DNA of 64,000 nucleotides, from the NCBI GenBank assembly GCA_965263295.1, contig OZ253665.1, positions 576,001 to 640,000 on the forward strand, in the 5' to 3' direction. The stretch is from Spirochaetia bacterium. GTDB lineage: Bacteria > Spirochaetota > Spirochaetia > SP-2023. This document shows, in pieces, positions 18,556 through 28,655 of this stretch (position 1 is the first letter of the stretch; each line of letters opens with the position of its first letter). The notes beneath the pieces were generated by a model, which had not been told where the DNA came from, did not search any database, and worked only from the letters and a program-made list of their open reading frames with translations. Position numbers and translations under genes: made by a program.

Positions 18556-19425
18556 ATGTTTTTGAATGACCTGAATGACCTGGATGCCTATATGAAGCAT
18601 GTCCAGCGCTTCGACTTGTTGACGCGAGAAGAGGAATACGAGTTGGCTGTACGTGCTCGTGAAGAAGGGGATAAGTCTGCAATAGAGCGGCTTATTAACT
18701 GCAACCTTCGCTTGGTCATTAAAATTGCGCACCAGTATTCTTCTAAGCGTGACGGGATTCAAGACCTGGTCCAAGAAGGGAATATAGGCCTGATTACCGC
18801 AGTTAATAAGTTTGATCCTTACCGCAATGTCAAATTGCATGTATATGCAACCTGGTGGATTCGACAAGCCGTTAATACTTATGTGTTGAACAACAAACTC
18901 ATCCGCCTTCCTGTACGCAAAGAGATGTTACTGCGTCGTATTAGTCGTTATATTGATGAATATACTTTAAATAATGGCTTTCCCCCCGGTTTAGAGGACA
19001 TCAGTAAAAGATGCATGATACCCATGCCCCAACTGCTAGACATTTGGGCGATACATGATCCTGTAAGCTCGCTTGATAAAAGTTCTTTGGAGACAAAAGA
19101 CATTTTCGACTTGGTGGGGAATAATAAGTATAATCCGGCTTTTAAGGTTCGTCGTTTAATCTTGCAAAATCATTTAAAACATGTACTTTCCACTTTGACG
19201 GAACGCGAGAATTATGTTGTCCGACGTCGTTTCGCTTTGGGCTGTCCTGAGCCTGAAACATTTAGGATAATTGCTGCAAAGCTTTGTATTACCTCAGAAG
19301 CTGTGCGTTTGATTGAGTTGAAGGCTTTAAATAAATTGCGAGAACACCGGAAAGAGCTGGCGCCCTTATTGGAAGAGCTACAAGAGTTGTCCAATGATGT
19401 ATACAATTCAGTTTACAAAAATTGA
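18556..19425 (+). CDS. Group 2-type sigma70 family factor (RpoS-like)
   Basis: Region 1.2 LLTREEEYELA, region 2 NLRLVIKIA/DLVQEGNIGLITAVNKFDP/YATWWIRQ, region 4 LTERENYVVRRRF...SEAVRLIE; region 1.1 is absent. Confidence 0.9.
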   Translation: MFLNDLNDLDAYMKHVQRFDLLTREEEYELAVRAREEGDKSAIERLINCNLRLVIKIAHQYSSKRDGIQDLVQEGNIGLITAVNKFDPYRNVKLHVYATWWIRQAVNTYVLNNKLIRLPVRKEMLLRRISRYIDEYTLNNGFPPGLEDISKRCMIPMPQLLDIWAIHDPVSSLDKSSLETKDIFDLVGNNKYNPAFKVRRLILQNHLKHVLSTLTERENYVVRRRFALGCPEPETFRIIAAKLCITSEAVRLIELKALNKLREHRKELAPLLEELQELSNDVYNSVYKN

Positions 19426-19458
19426 CGGATTCACATCCTTTAGATTGGATGCTTAAAT

Positions 19459-20892
19459 ATGAAAGCCCTATTATTTACATCGTTCGCTTATGTTATTTTA
19501 CCTCTAGCCACATTGTACTCGTGTTTTGCCAGCATATATTTACTGGATTTTCATGACCCCGAATTCCTGCCTTATCTTGTGCAGTGGGTGCCTGGGGTCT
19601 TTTTATATTATGTCTATGTCAGTCAACTGATTATTGGACAGCGTTTGCCGTTTCTAGATCGAATTTGGGGCTTCCCAAATCAAGTGCGCCGGCATCGGGG
19701 TCTGTTAGTTGATATAATGTTATTTAATCTGGTCTTACACATTGTAGTTCACTTGCGCGATGGTCTCGAAAAGCTAGTTCTGCGGCCGGACAGTGGTATG
19801 TTAGCGGTTTACATCGCTGTTGTATTCAGCATTCTTTTAATCTGGGTGGCCAATAAAGTCTGGCTGAGGCCGCCGGCGGATAAGTCGAGTAAAAATCAAA
19901 AAACTGTCAGCTATGCCAAAATGCATCTTTTGCACCAGCTGTTTTACTTTATTGCCATTGCCGTTTGGTATCACGTGTTTACTGCCGGAGCTTTTCGGGG
20001 CAATTTGTTAGGTCAGATATTGGTATCTGGGTATCTGATTTTCGCTTTGTTGTGCAAGGTATTCATGGTGCTATTACAAGTGACGGCTCCCGTGTACAGA
20101 TTGGAAAGCATGGAAACTCTACATGAGGATTTTGTGCGTCTGCGATTGCGAACAACAAGAGCTGCCCCCATTGGAACTAAGGCCCAATTAGGGGCAGCCC
20201 GCCGCGTGCGACTTTTGCACTATCATCAACCGGGTCAATATGCGTATTTTTCTTTTGCCATGCAGGATAAGAATGGAAAGACGTATTGGGAGCAACATCC
20301 GTTTTCTTTTGCTGGTTATGCGCCTCAGGATTCGGCTGAAGACAATTCATTATTGACCGTAATAGTCAAAAAGCGCGGGGATTTTACAAATCGACTGCAT
20401 GAATTAGCTACAGGAGAAACAGGGACTAGAGTCCGGGTATTGGGCCCTTATGGAAATTTCTGCCTTAACTCAGTCCACAGTCCTGACGGTGCGCAGTTAG
20501 TGGCTGCGGGAATCGGTATTACGCCATTTTTATCCATTCTGGAGCAACGAGCCTTCGCCGCTGCGACAGCATCGCCAGAGGAGGGGGGGCGACTTGAGCC
20601 ACTCAAGGAGCCCCCTCTAACCTTGCATTGGTTTGTAACGGAAGAAAGCGAACTGGTTTTTAGTGATCGCTTTCGCTACTTTAAGAAGCAATTACCCCAT
20701 TTAAATATAAAAACGTATGTCGGTCAAAGTTTAACGCACGATATATTGCTTCAAACTTTAAGAGCTTCAGCTGAGGGCCGTCCATGTGTGTTGTACTGCG
20801 GACCAGGTCCTGTAGTGCCTATATTGCGTAACGTAATGGCGAATATGCATATACCTCGGCGTTACTTCCACTCTGAGTTGTTTGCTATGTAG
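19459..20892 (+). CDS. Ferric reductase-like transmembrane flavoprotein (TM heme domain plus FAD/NAD-binding domain)
   Basis: His-containing TM helices, PGQYAY, HPFSFA, GDFT, GPYG, AAGIGITPFLS, YCGP and C-terminal HSELF. Confidence 0.85.
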   Translation: MKALLFTSFAYVILPLATLYSCFASIYLLDFHDPEFLPYLVQWVPGVFLYYVYVSQLIIGQRLPFLDRIWGFPNQVRRHRGLLVDIMLFNLVLHIVVHLRDGLEKLVLRPDSGMLAVYIAVVFSILLIWVANKVWLRPPADKSSKNQKTVSYAKMHLLHQLFYFIAIAVWYHVFTAGAFRGNLLGQILVSGYLIFALLCKVFMVLLQVTAPVYRLESMETLHEDFVRLRLRTTRAAPIGTKAQLGAARRVRLLHYHQPGQYAYFSFAMQDKNGKTYWEQHPFSFAGYAPQDSAEDNSLLTVIVKKRGDFTNRLHELATGETGTRVRVLGPYGNFCLNSVHSPDGAQLVAAGIGITPFLSILEQRAFAAATASPEEGGRLEPLKEPPLTLHWFVTEESELVFSDRFRYFKKQLPHLNIKTYVGQSLTHDILLQTLRASAEGRPCVLYCGPGPVVPILRNVMANMHIPRRYFHSELFAM

Positions 20893-20938
20893 CCGCCTCG
20901 TCAAATATGGAGACTGGGCAGATTGAGGAATGGAAGGC

Positions 20939-20968
20939 TTGACTTTTTTTGTAAATCTTCATTATATT
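20939..20968 (+). promoter_or_regulatory. Putative sigma70 promoter of the cysDN leader
   Basis: TTGACT-18-TATATT. Confidence 0.5.
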
Positions 20969-21085
20969 TTCTGCGCAGTGAGGCCCACGGATTTCATTTT
21001 TACTTTTTATTCATTTTGAAGCTTGTTGTATGTCCGGCACCTGCATCAGGCGCTAGTTCAGGTCAGTATGTTGCCGAGTTCAAGT

Positions 21086-21116
21086 AAGCACCTCTCGATG
21101 GAGGTGCTTTTGGTTT
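21086..21116 (+). terminator. Intrinsic terminator in the cysD leader (possible attenuator)
   Basis: AAGCACCTC-tcgatg-GAGGTGCTT followed by TTGGTTT, about 135 nt upstream of cysD. Confidence 0.7.
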
Positions 21117-21248
21117 ATCGGGATTCCTTGGCGATTGAGTAATCGGTTGGCAATCGGTTTAAGGGTTTTTGGCGCCCAGGGCCAGACTTCTTGTCATAAA
21201 TTGGCCTGTTCAAATTGAGATAGGTCATATCAGGAGGAAATAAAGGGC

Positions 21249-22127
21249 ATGGATCAACTTACCCGGCTGGAATCTCAGTCCGTATACATACTGCGTGAAG
21301 CCTATTGCAAGTTCGCCAATCTGGCTATGTTGTGGTCAATTGGTAAAGATTCCACCGTGCTGTTGTGGCTGGCTCGGAAAGCTTTCTTTGGCCATGTGCC
21401 GATTCCCTTGGTGCACATTGATACGTCGTATAAAATTCCAGAGATGATTGAATATCGGGATCGTCTGGCACGGGAGTGGAACTTGAATATGGTTTACGGC
21501 CAGAACCGCGAAGCTTTGGCCGCCAAACAGACTTATCCTGACGGTGCGGTATCGCGGACTGATTGCTGCAAGGCATTGAAATCAGAAGCTTTGAAGCATA
21601 CTCTTTCTGGGGAATGGACGCGCTTTCGGCTCGACCACGGTCTGGGCAGGTATGTCGAGGACAAAAATACAGAACCTTATACCGGCATTATTGTCGGCGT
21701 GCGTGCCGACGAGGAAGGTAGTCGTTCGAAAGAGCGCTATTTTTCACCGCGTGATCAGCACAATGACTGGAATGTCGACGATCAACCGCCGGAACTGTGG
21801 GATCAGTTCAAGACGGACTTTGCGCCGGGCACACACCTGCGTATTCACCCTTTGCTGGACTGGACAGAGCTGAACATTTGGGAATACATTGAACGCGAAA
21901 AAATACCCACAGTTAGCCTCTACTACAACCGAGGGGATGGCAAACGTTACCGTTCTCTCGGTTGTTATCCCTGCACGAAACCAGTCGATTCGGAGGCCCG
22001 CAATTCGCGGGAGATCATCGACGAATTGAGAACGGGTAAATTTGCCCATATTGCTGAGCGTTCCGGCCGCGCCCAGGACGAGGAGGGCGGAGGCTTGGAA
22101 ATTTTGCGCAGAGACGGATATATGTGA
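21249..22127 (+). CDS. cysD: Sulfate adenylyltransferase subunit 2
   Basis: [72 protein letters not shown]. Confidence 0.96.
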   Translation: MDQLTRLESQSVYILREAYCKFANLAMLWSIGKDSTVLLWLARKAFFGHVPIPLVHIDTSYKIPEMIEYRDRLAREWNLNMVYGQNREALAAKQTYPDGAVSRTDCCKALKSEALKHTLSGEWTRFRLDHGLGRYVEDKNTEPYTGIIVGVRADEEGSRSKERYFSPRDQHNDWNVDDQPPELWDQFKTDFAPGTHLRIHPLLDWTELNIWEYIEREKIPTVSLYYNRGDGKRYRSLGCYPCTKPVDSEARNSREIIDELRTGKFAHIAERSGRAQDEEGGGLEILRRDGYM

Positions 22128-24028
22128 GGCCGAAAAATAAAAATATGAAACCAGAGCGACTTAGAGAACAGTTTAGTATCGTTGTCGTCGGCCATGTGGA
22201 CCACGGTAAGAGTACCGTAATCGGGCGCCTTTTGGCCGATACTGGTGCTTTGCCGGCAAATAAATTGGAACAGGTGCGCACTATGTGCGAGCGCAATGCC
22301 AAACCGTTTGAGTACGCTTTTTTGCTCGATGCTTTAAAGAACGAACAAAGTCAGGGCATTACCATTGACAGTGCGCGCTGTTTTTTTAAGTCGGCCAAGC
22401 GCGATTATATTATTATTGATGCGCCCGGCCACATTGAATTCTTGAAGAATATGGTGACTGGCGCCGCGCGGGCCGAAGCGGCTATTTTGGTCATCGACGC
22501 GAAAGAAGGAGTGCGGGAAAACTCGCGGCGTCACGGTTATATGCTCAGTATGCTGGGTGTGGAACAAGTTGTCGTACTGGTCAATAAGATGGACCTCATT
22601 GGTTATGATCAGCGGCGTTTCGAGGCCATCCGTGATGAATATCGCGCCTTCTTGCAACAGATTGACGTACAGCCACATACATTTTTGCCCGTCTCGGCCT
22701 TTTGGGGTCAGAATTTATGCCAGCCGTCCAGTGAAATCCCTTGGTTTGATGGTGGCGACCTACTGAGTGTCATGGACAGCTTTGAACCGGAGCAGTCTCG
22801 CGCCGCCAGGCCGTTACGCTTTCCGGTGCAGGATATCTATAAGTTTACAGAAGAAGGTGATAATCGCCGTATTTGCGCCGGTCGGGTCGAAACCGGGCAG
22901 CTTTGCAAGGGAGACGAGCTCATATTTTTGCCTTCGGGTAAACGCGCCAAGCTTGCGAGCATTGAAGGGTTCAATGTCGCTGAGCAATGCAGTGCCGAGG
23001 CTGGGCGTTCTATTGGTTTTACTCTGGAGCCTGAGATTTACATTAAGCGAGGGGAGCTGATGGCCCACGCTGATGAGGCCGAACTGAAACCTCAGGTCGG
23101 CAAGGAACTGCGCGTCAACTTGTTCTGGATGGGGCGGCGACCAATGGTGACGGGTAAAAAATATAAGTTAAAAATTGCCACCGCAGAACATTCGATAAGT
23201 TTAAAAAAAGTATACCATGTTCTGGATGCTTCTGAACTTAGCTCGGTGCAAGGCAAGCAGCAGATTGATTTGAATGATGTCGCCGACTGTGTATTGGAGT
23301 CGTTGAGCTCTGTGGCTTTTGATCCCGTGCGGGAGGTCCCCCAAACCGGGCGCTTCGTTATTGTCGACGAATACGATATTGCTGGCGGGGGCATCGTTCT
23401 GGGTTCCACGCAAGAGGGCGAGAGCCTCTTGCAGCGGCATATCCGCGAACGCGAAGCATTTTGGCAGCGCAGTAATTTGACGCCAAAGTTGCGCGCCAGA
23501 CACTACAATCAAAAAGCGATTCTGCTTATTGTCAGCTGTGAAAATGCAGAGTTGGGTGCTAACTATGCCGCTGCCCTGGAGGAAAAACTCTTTAGCCAAG
23601 GGCGCTATGTTTATTATATGGCGCCGCGCAATGTAAGCATTGCCCAGCAGGGCAAAGGCTTTATGAAGACTGGGTTCCAACATTTACAGCGGCAGCAGAG
23701 GAGTGCGGCGAAGGTACCCAGGCCACATTCGCTCACACCGAGCCACACCGAGCACAGCGAAAGCCTACAGCGTCTGGGAGAAATAGCCCATATGTTTTGT
23801 GATTCAGGGGCTATTTTGGTTACCGCGCTCAGCCGTCTGGACAGCGATGAGTTGAAACTGTTGGCGGCCCTGAATTCTCCCTATGAGCATTGGGTAGTGC
23901 AAGTTGGCGAGGGGGACTTGCCTGACGATGTCGTGCAGTTAAAATTGAGCGCCGCACTGGAATTGCCTGAAGGTGTTGAGCGCTTGGTCCATATCTTGGC
24001 GACTCGCAATATTTTGTTGGATTATTAA
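22124..24028 (+). CDS. cysN: Sulfate adenylyltransferase subunit 1 (GTPase) with a degenerate APS-kinase-like C-terminus
   Basis: [32 protein letters not shown]. The C-terminal domain lacks a recognisable P-loop. Start may be ATG 22145. Confidence 0.93.
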   Translation: MRPKNKNMKPERLREQFSIVVVGHVDHGKSTVIGRLLADTGALPANKLEQVRTMCERNAKPFEYAFLLDALKNEQSQGITIDSARCFFKSAKRDYIIIDAPGHIEFLKNMVTGAARAEAAILVIDAKEGVRENSRRHGYMLSMLGVEQVVVLVNKMDLIGYDQRRFEAIRDEYRAFLQQIDVQPHTFLPVSAFWGQNLCQPSSEIPWFDGGDLLSVMDSFEPEQSRAARPLRFPVQDIYKFTEEGDNRRICAGRVETGQLCKGDELIFLPSGKRAKLASIEGFNVAEQCSAEAGRSIGFTLEPEIYIKRGELMAHADEAELKPQVGKELRVNLFWMGRRPMVTGKKYKLKIATAEHSISLKKVYHVLDASELSSVQGKQQIDLNDVADCVLESLSSVAFDPVREVPQTGRFVIVDEYDIAGGGIVLGSTQEGESLLQRHIREREAFWQRSNLTPKLRARHYNQKAILLIVSCENAELGANYAAALEEKLFSQGRYVYYMAPRNVSIAQQGKGFMKTGFQHLQRQQRSAAKVPRPHSLTPSHTEHSESLQRLGEIAHMFCDSGAILVTALSRLDSDELKLLAALNSPYEHWVVQVGEGDLPDDVVQLKLSAALELPEGVERLVHILATRNILLDY

Positions 24029-24206
24029 GCTTAGGGGGAAGCTTTGGCCGACTTCAATAAAGTCTTGGCTTATTTTTGATTTCCGATACAAGAGGAAAAA
24101 AACTTATATCCCGTTTCTGAGAGCTTGTATTGTCGATTTTATTGTTTTATTTATAATAGCGCATTCTTGGGAGCTTTTGCCACCAATATGTAAAAAAGGA
24201 GTGACT

Positions 24207-24686
24207 ATGGAAGCTATTGCCAGTTTTGAAGTAGACCACATCCGCATGTCGCGGGGAATTTTTGTCTCGCGCAAGGATTGTGTCGGCGACAATGTTATTA
24301 CTACTTTTGATATTCGCATGAAGGAGCCCAATCGGGAGCCGGTAATGGATGTGCCGGCCTTGCATAGTATTGAACATTTGGCTGCTACCATTTTGCGCAA
24401 CGATAAAGACTGGGCAGATCGTGTTGTGTACTTTGGTCCGATGGGTTGCCGCACTGGCTATTATTTGCTGTTGCAGGGGGACTTGGATTCAAAAGAGGTC
24501 CTGCCTTTAGTTCGCAGTCTGTTTCAGAATATTGTTGCCTGGAAAGATGAAATCCCTGGAGCTAGCGCGGCCTGCTGTGGCAATTGGTGCGATCACAATC
24601 TGAATATGGCGCACTGGGAAGCTCATAAATTTCAAACCGAAGTGCTGGATAATCCCCAAGATGGGAACCTGAAATATCCAGAATAG
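24207..24686 (+). CDS. luxS: S-ribosylhomocysteine lyase (AI-2 synthase)
   Basis: SFEVDH, HSIEHL, GPMGCRTGYY, CGN; AAGGAG RBS before ATG 24207. Confidence 0.97.
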   Translation: MEAIASFEVDHIRMSRGIFVSRKDCVGDNVITTFDIRMKEPNREPVMDVPALHSIEHLAATILRNDKDWADRVVYFGPMGCRTGYYLLLQGDLDSKEVLPLVRSLFQNIVAWKDEIPGASAACCGNWCDHNLNMAHWEAHKFQTEVLDNPQDGNLKYPE

Positions 24687-24746
24687 ACATATATTTATAT
24701 TTGCTAAATTCTACAATGCAGAAAGTATTGGTCATCAGGTGTCCTG

Positions 24747-26189
24747 TTGCATGTCGTATATCAGGCCCTTGTGTCGGGCGGAAGGGAAACGGATCGTTAC
24801 GTGGATAAAGTGAGTGAAGATAACTTGGGTCGGGTAACCCCGCAGGGCTACAAGCAGCGCGTTGAGCGCGCTTTGGAGGAAATCAAGAAAGGTCGCTACG
24901 TGATTGTTTGCGACGATGAATCGCGTGAAAATGAAGGAGACTTGATCGCTGCGGCCGAGCTATGCACAGCGGAATTGGTTAATTTTGCCATTACTGAGGC
25001 ACGCGGCCTCCTGTGTCAGGCCATTGACGAGAAGACAGCCAGCTACCTGGCCCTGCCGATGATGAGCCGCTCAAATAGCTCTATATTCTCAACGGCTTTT
25101 ACGGTCAGTGTCGATCATTGCCGTGCCGGCACGGGAATCTCGGCTGCAGCTCGTTCCTTGACGATTCAGTCAATTGGCGAAGCCGCCGGGGAAGCGACGA
25201 CGTTTCCGCACGCTTTTCTGCGCAATACAGCTTCTGTTCCGACGGAGTCTCAGTTGCACAAGCGGGGAGATTTGCGCAAGGTTTTGGTGAAACCGGGGCA
25301 TATTTTCCCCTTGGTCGCCATGCCTGGCGGGGTTTTACAGCGTGGCGGGCAGACGGAGGCCACTGTCGATTTAATGACGATGGCGGGATTTAAACCCAGT
25401 GGTATGCTCTGTGAAATAGTCGCATCCAACGGTGAGATGTCACGCGGAAAAGAGTTGGCCGACTTTGCCGTTCGCCACGGATTGTGCCAATTGACGATAG
25501 CCGATATTGCCACTTATCGCCGGGAAGTTTTGGGGCACCGTTGGGGAGAAGAGGAACGGCGAAAACATCGCAACAAGGCAATTTTTCTCTCACCTAGCAC
25601 TGAAATAGAACTGCCCAGTCACTTGGGCAATTTTCGTTCTTGCATGATTGAAGATATGCGCGATATTGGGGCCGAGAATTTACTGATTTGGAAGGGCGCA
25701 CTTTCTGACTTGGCTAACTTTTCTCGGACGGATCAGGCGCCACTTTTACGCATACATTCTCAATGTTTTACGGGCGAGGTCTTGTCTTCTCAGCGCTGTG
25801 ATTGCCAGGCTCAGCTAAACTATGCCCTGCAGAGTATAGAGTCTGAAGGTCGCGGCCTAATTGTCTATCTGCGGCAGGAAGGCCGCGGGATTGGCCTGCA
25901 CAATAAATTTCAAGCCTATCAACTTCAGCAGCAACAAAACCTGGATACCGTGGAAGCTAATGAGGCCATGGGCTTCGCCGATGATCTGCGCGAATATTCG
26001 GTGGCTATCGGAGTTTTGCGCTACTTGGGCGTGCATAAAGTTCGCTTGTTGTCGAACAATCCCCACAAGATTGCTGCCTTGGAAGCTGAAGGAATTGTAG
26101 TCGAACGCGTCCCCATACATGTTGGCAAAACGCCACATAATCGACACTATTTGCAGACTAAGAAGAATAAGAGTGGGCACTTGCTCTAG
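24747..26189 (+). CDS. ribBA: Bifunctional DHBP synthase / GTP cyclohydrolase II
   Basis: [59 protein letters not shown]. Start is uncertain (possibly GTG near 24810). Confidence 0.95.
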   Translation: MHVVYQALVSGGRETDRYVDKVSEDNLGRVTPQGYKQRVERALEEIKKGRYVIVCDDESRENEGDLIAAAELCTAELVNFAITEARGLLCQAIDEKTASYLALPMMSRSNSSIFSTAFTVSVDHCRAGTGISAAARSLTIQSIGEAAGEATTFPHAFLRNTASVPTESQLHKRGDLRKVLVKPGHIFPLVAMPGGVLQRGGQTEATVDLMTMAGFKPSGMLCEIVASNGEMSRGKELADFAVRHGLCQLTIADIATYRREVLGHRWGEEERRKHRNKAIFLSPSTEIELPSHLGNFRSCMIEDMRDIGAENLLIWKGALSDLANFSRTDQAPLLRIHSQCFTGEVLSSQRCDCQAQLNYALQSIESEGRGLIVYLRQEGRGIGLHNKFQAYQLQQQQNLDTVEANEAMGFADDLREYSVAIGVLRYLGVHKVRLLSNNPHKIAALEAEGIVVERVPIHVGKTPHNRHYLQTKKNKSGHLL

Positions 26190-26211
26190 ATATCTATTTT
26201 GTGAGGAAAAT

Positions 26212-26703
26212 ATGGATCCGACATATAAACTGATTGAGGGAACTTTCCGGGCTGAAAATATGTGTTGTGCCATCGTTTGTTCCCGTTTCAATGAATTGAT
26301 TGTGAGCAAATTGCTCAGCGGGGCTATTGATTGTCTGGTGCGCCATGGAGCAAATGTGGCCAAGCAGCTTGTATGTTGGGTTCCGGGCGCCATGGAGCTG
26401 CCCGCAGTAGCTCGGCAATTGGCGCATGACTCCCCATATGACGCCGTGATCTGTTTGGGTGCCGTGATTCGTGGTGGTACGCCACACTTTGATATGGTGG
26501 CAAATGAGGCGACTAAAGGCATAGCTCAAGTAGCGCTCAACGCTTCCAGGCCCGTAATATTCGGTGTTTTGACGACCGACAACATTGAGCAAGCGATTGA
26601 GCGCGCGGGAACCAAAATGGGGAATAAGGGTTGGGAGGCCGCCCTGAGTGCCATCGAAATGTACAATTTGTATGCTTGCCTGAAGACAGATTTGTTAAAT
26701 TGA
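26212..26703 (+). CDS. ribH: 6,7-dimethyl-8-ribityllumazine synthase
   Basis: [48 protein letters not shown] before ATG 26212. Confidence 0.97.
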   Translation: MDPTYKLIEGTFRAENMCCAIVCSRFNELIVSKLLSGAIDCLVRHGANVAKQLVCWVPGAMELPAVARQLAHDSPYDAVICLGAVIRGGTPHFDMVANEATKGIAQVALNASRPVIFGVLTTDNIEQAIERAGTKMGNKGWEAALSAIEMYNLYACLKTDLLN

Positions 26704-26745
26704 TTGAGTATAAATTTTATTGTGAAGCAGGTGGAATAGACGCGT

Positions 26746-27324
26746 ATGGCTGACATGAAGACAGAAGAAGAAATGCTATCGTACGGCCTGAGCTTGGATA
26801 CGGGTGGCCCCGCGCTGCCGTGCCGCATTGTTTTGTATACTGATGGTGGTTGTCGAGGGAACCCCGGCCCGGGCGCTTGGGCCGCTGTCAGCTTCCTTGA
26901 ATATATGGAACAGTCTGCGGCAAATGCAGTAAATATTTGCGAAATAGCGGGTTCAGCTCCTAGAACCACGAACAATCAAATGGAATTACAGGCCGTGATT
27001 GAGGGTTTTAAAGCATTGGAAGGTCATTACCCTGGCGTTCTCGCTGCCGGGCGACGCATTGCCAATCTAGAGCTTGCGGTATATACGGATTCACAATACG
27101 TCAAAAATGGCATTAGCATCTGGATTCACAACTGGAAGAAAAATTCCTGGCGCACTAGTGCCAAGCAGCCAGTCAAAAATAAGGAGCTGTGGCAAGGGTT
27201 GGATCGACAAGTGAGCATTTTGAGTGAGAGTTGCCGCCTGCAATGGCATTGGGTCAAGGGACACGCCGGCAACTCTTACAACGAGCGTTGTGATGCATTG
27301 GTGCGGGAGAACTTTCCGAACTGA
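26746..27324 (+). CDS. rnhA: Ribonuclease HI
   Basis: YTDGGCRGNPGPG, TTNNQMEL, YTDSQYV, VKNKELW, WVKGHAG, NERCD. Confidence 0.96.
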   Translation: MADMKTEEEMLSYGLSLDTGGPALPCRIVLYTDGGCRGNPGPGAWAAVSFLEYMEQSAANAVNICEIAGSAPRTTNNQMELQAVIEGFKALEGHYPGVLAAGRRIANLELAVYTDSQYVKNGISIWIHNWKKNSWRTSAKQPVKNKELWQGLDRQVSILSESCRLQWHWVKGHAGNSYNERCDALVRENFPN

Positions 27325-27354
27325 ATTGATATAAAACACCGCCAAAATCAGGTA

Positions 27355-28629
27355 TTACAGCAGTGTGCTGCGTTCCAACAATAGTCGCTGCTCTTGGTAG
27401 AAAACAGGAAGGGCGATACGCAGCATTGTCCCACAACCTTCTTCACTTTGAATTTGCAGATCTCCGTTGTGGTTCTGTAGTATGCGCAGAACCATTGTCA
27501 TGCCGAGGCCGGATCCCTTAGCTCGTGTGGTAAAAAATGGTTCAAAAATTTTTTTCTGGGTTTCTTTATTCATACCGCAACCATTGTCCTGGATTTCCAG
27601 ATAAACTTTGTCATTTTTTAAGTAACTGTTTAAAGTCAGCTTCCCTTGATATATTTCACATAACTGGCTCTGTAAGCTTTCAGCTTTTTCTTCAATGGCG
27701 AGAAGAGAATTCTGCATCAGATTTAATAGCAGGCGTTTAAACATTGATTCATCTAAAGCTACGTCGGGCAATTCTTTGGCCAACTGTAGATCTAAAGAAA
27801 TGCCTTTATTTATAAGTTCTGGTTGCAATAGTTCTAGGCAAGCTAGGAGGACTTTGTGTATATTTTGTTTTACCAGTTCAAGTTCGAGGGGCCGTACCGT
27901 CAAGAGAAAGTCGGTGACAAAAATGTTCAAACGCTCAATTTCCTCTTGAACAATGCCACAGTATTCAATTAGTTGCTCATGTAAAAAAGCGCCGTCTGCT
28001 TCGGGATTACTTTTCTTCAACAGGCGTTGCATCAGCTGTATATGTAGGCTCATCGCAGCCAATGGGTTTTTGATCTCGTGGGCGACCCCGGCTGTCACTG
28101 TCGAAAGCGATGCCAGTATGTCCAGCTGTTGTACTCGCCGTTCTTGTCTGCGCAGTTCGCTGACATCGCTGATTAAAATGATCCAACCCTCAATGGTGCC
28201 GTTCCGCACTTGCGAGGATATCTCCACACGCGTTACCCGCAGTTCGTTGTTACTGTCAAAAAATTGAAATTCGCGCGGCTGAATGACGCCGTTGCCTTGA
28301 AGTTCCGTCGCCAGCCAATGGGCGAGCTCATCGTGATCTAGAGCGTGCCAGATCGGGCTATTATTTTGTTGTGATGTGCCTTGCCGGGCGAAGAACAGCG
28401 GGCAGCGCTGCACCGCTCGATTCATTAGCTGCAGATGAAAATCACGGTTTAAAAGAATAATCCCAATCGGCAGGGATTGCAGTAAAGTTTCGCCCTGTTG
28501 CAAGTCGTCGGAGAGCTCTTTGACCCAGTGTTGTAGCTGCTCTTTACCTAAATTCCCCAGGCGTTTGCTGCGCCTCAGACGTTCGCTATTGCTGTTAAAG
28601 ATGCTGTTGCGGCCGCTGAAAAATGCCAT
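27355..28629 (-). CDS. Cytoplasmic PAS-HisKA-HATPase sensor kinase (NtrB/Hk2-like)
   Basis: [11 protein letters not shown] (H box), NLMQNS (N box), DNGCGM, FEPFFTT, GSGLGM; no TM segment. Confidence 0.93.
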   Translation of the reverse strand: MAFFSGRNSIFNSNSERLRRSKRLGNLGKEQLQHWVKELSDDLQQGETLLQSLPIGIILLNRDFHLQLMNRAVQRCPLFFARQGTSQQNNSPIWHALDHDELAHWLATELQGNGVIQPREFQFFDSNNELRVTRVEISSQVRNGTIEGWIILISDVSELRRQERRVQQLDILASLSTVTAGVAHEIKNPLAAMSLHIQLMQRLLKKSNPEADGAFLHEQLIEYCGIVQEEIERLNIFVTDFLLTVRPLELELVKQNIHKVLLACLELLQPELINKGISLDLQLAKELPDVALDESMFKRLLLNLMQNSLLAIEEKAESLQSQLCEIYQGKLTLNSYLKNDKVYLEIQDNGCGMNKETQKKIFEPFFTTRAKGSGLGMTMVLRILQNHNGDLQIQSEEGCGTMLRIALPVFYQEQRLLLERSTLL

Positions 28630-28655
28630 AGTCGAAACTCCTAAAATTTCAGTAT

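Noticed and set aside
20978..21019. Phe-rich leader peptide (GTG-RPTDFIFTFYSF)
   Set aside because: It has no RBS, the Phe codons arise from a T-rich tract, and phenylalanine sensing does not fit cysDN.
23973..24206. N-terminal extension of luxS in the ORF track; similar extensions for ribH, flaB, pyk, the dehydrogenase and parE
   Set aside because: Family homology and RBS position indicate downstream ATG starts.
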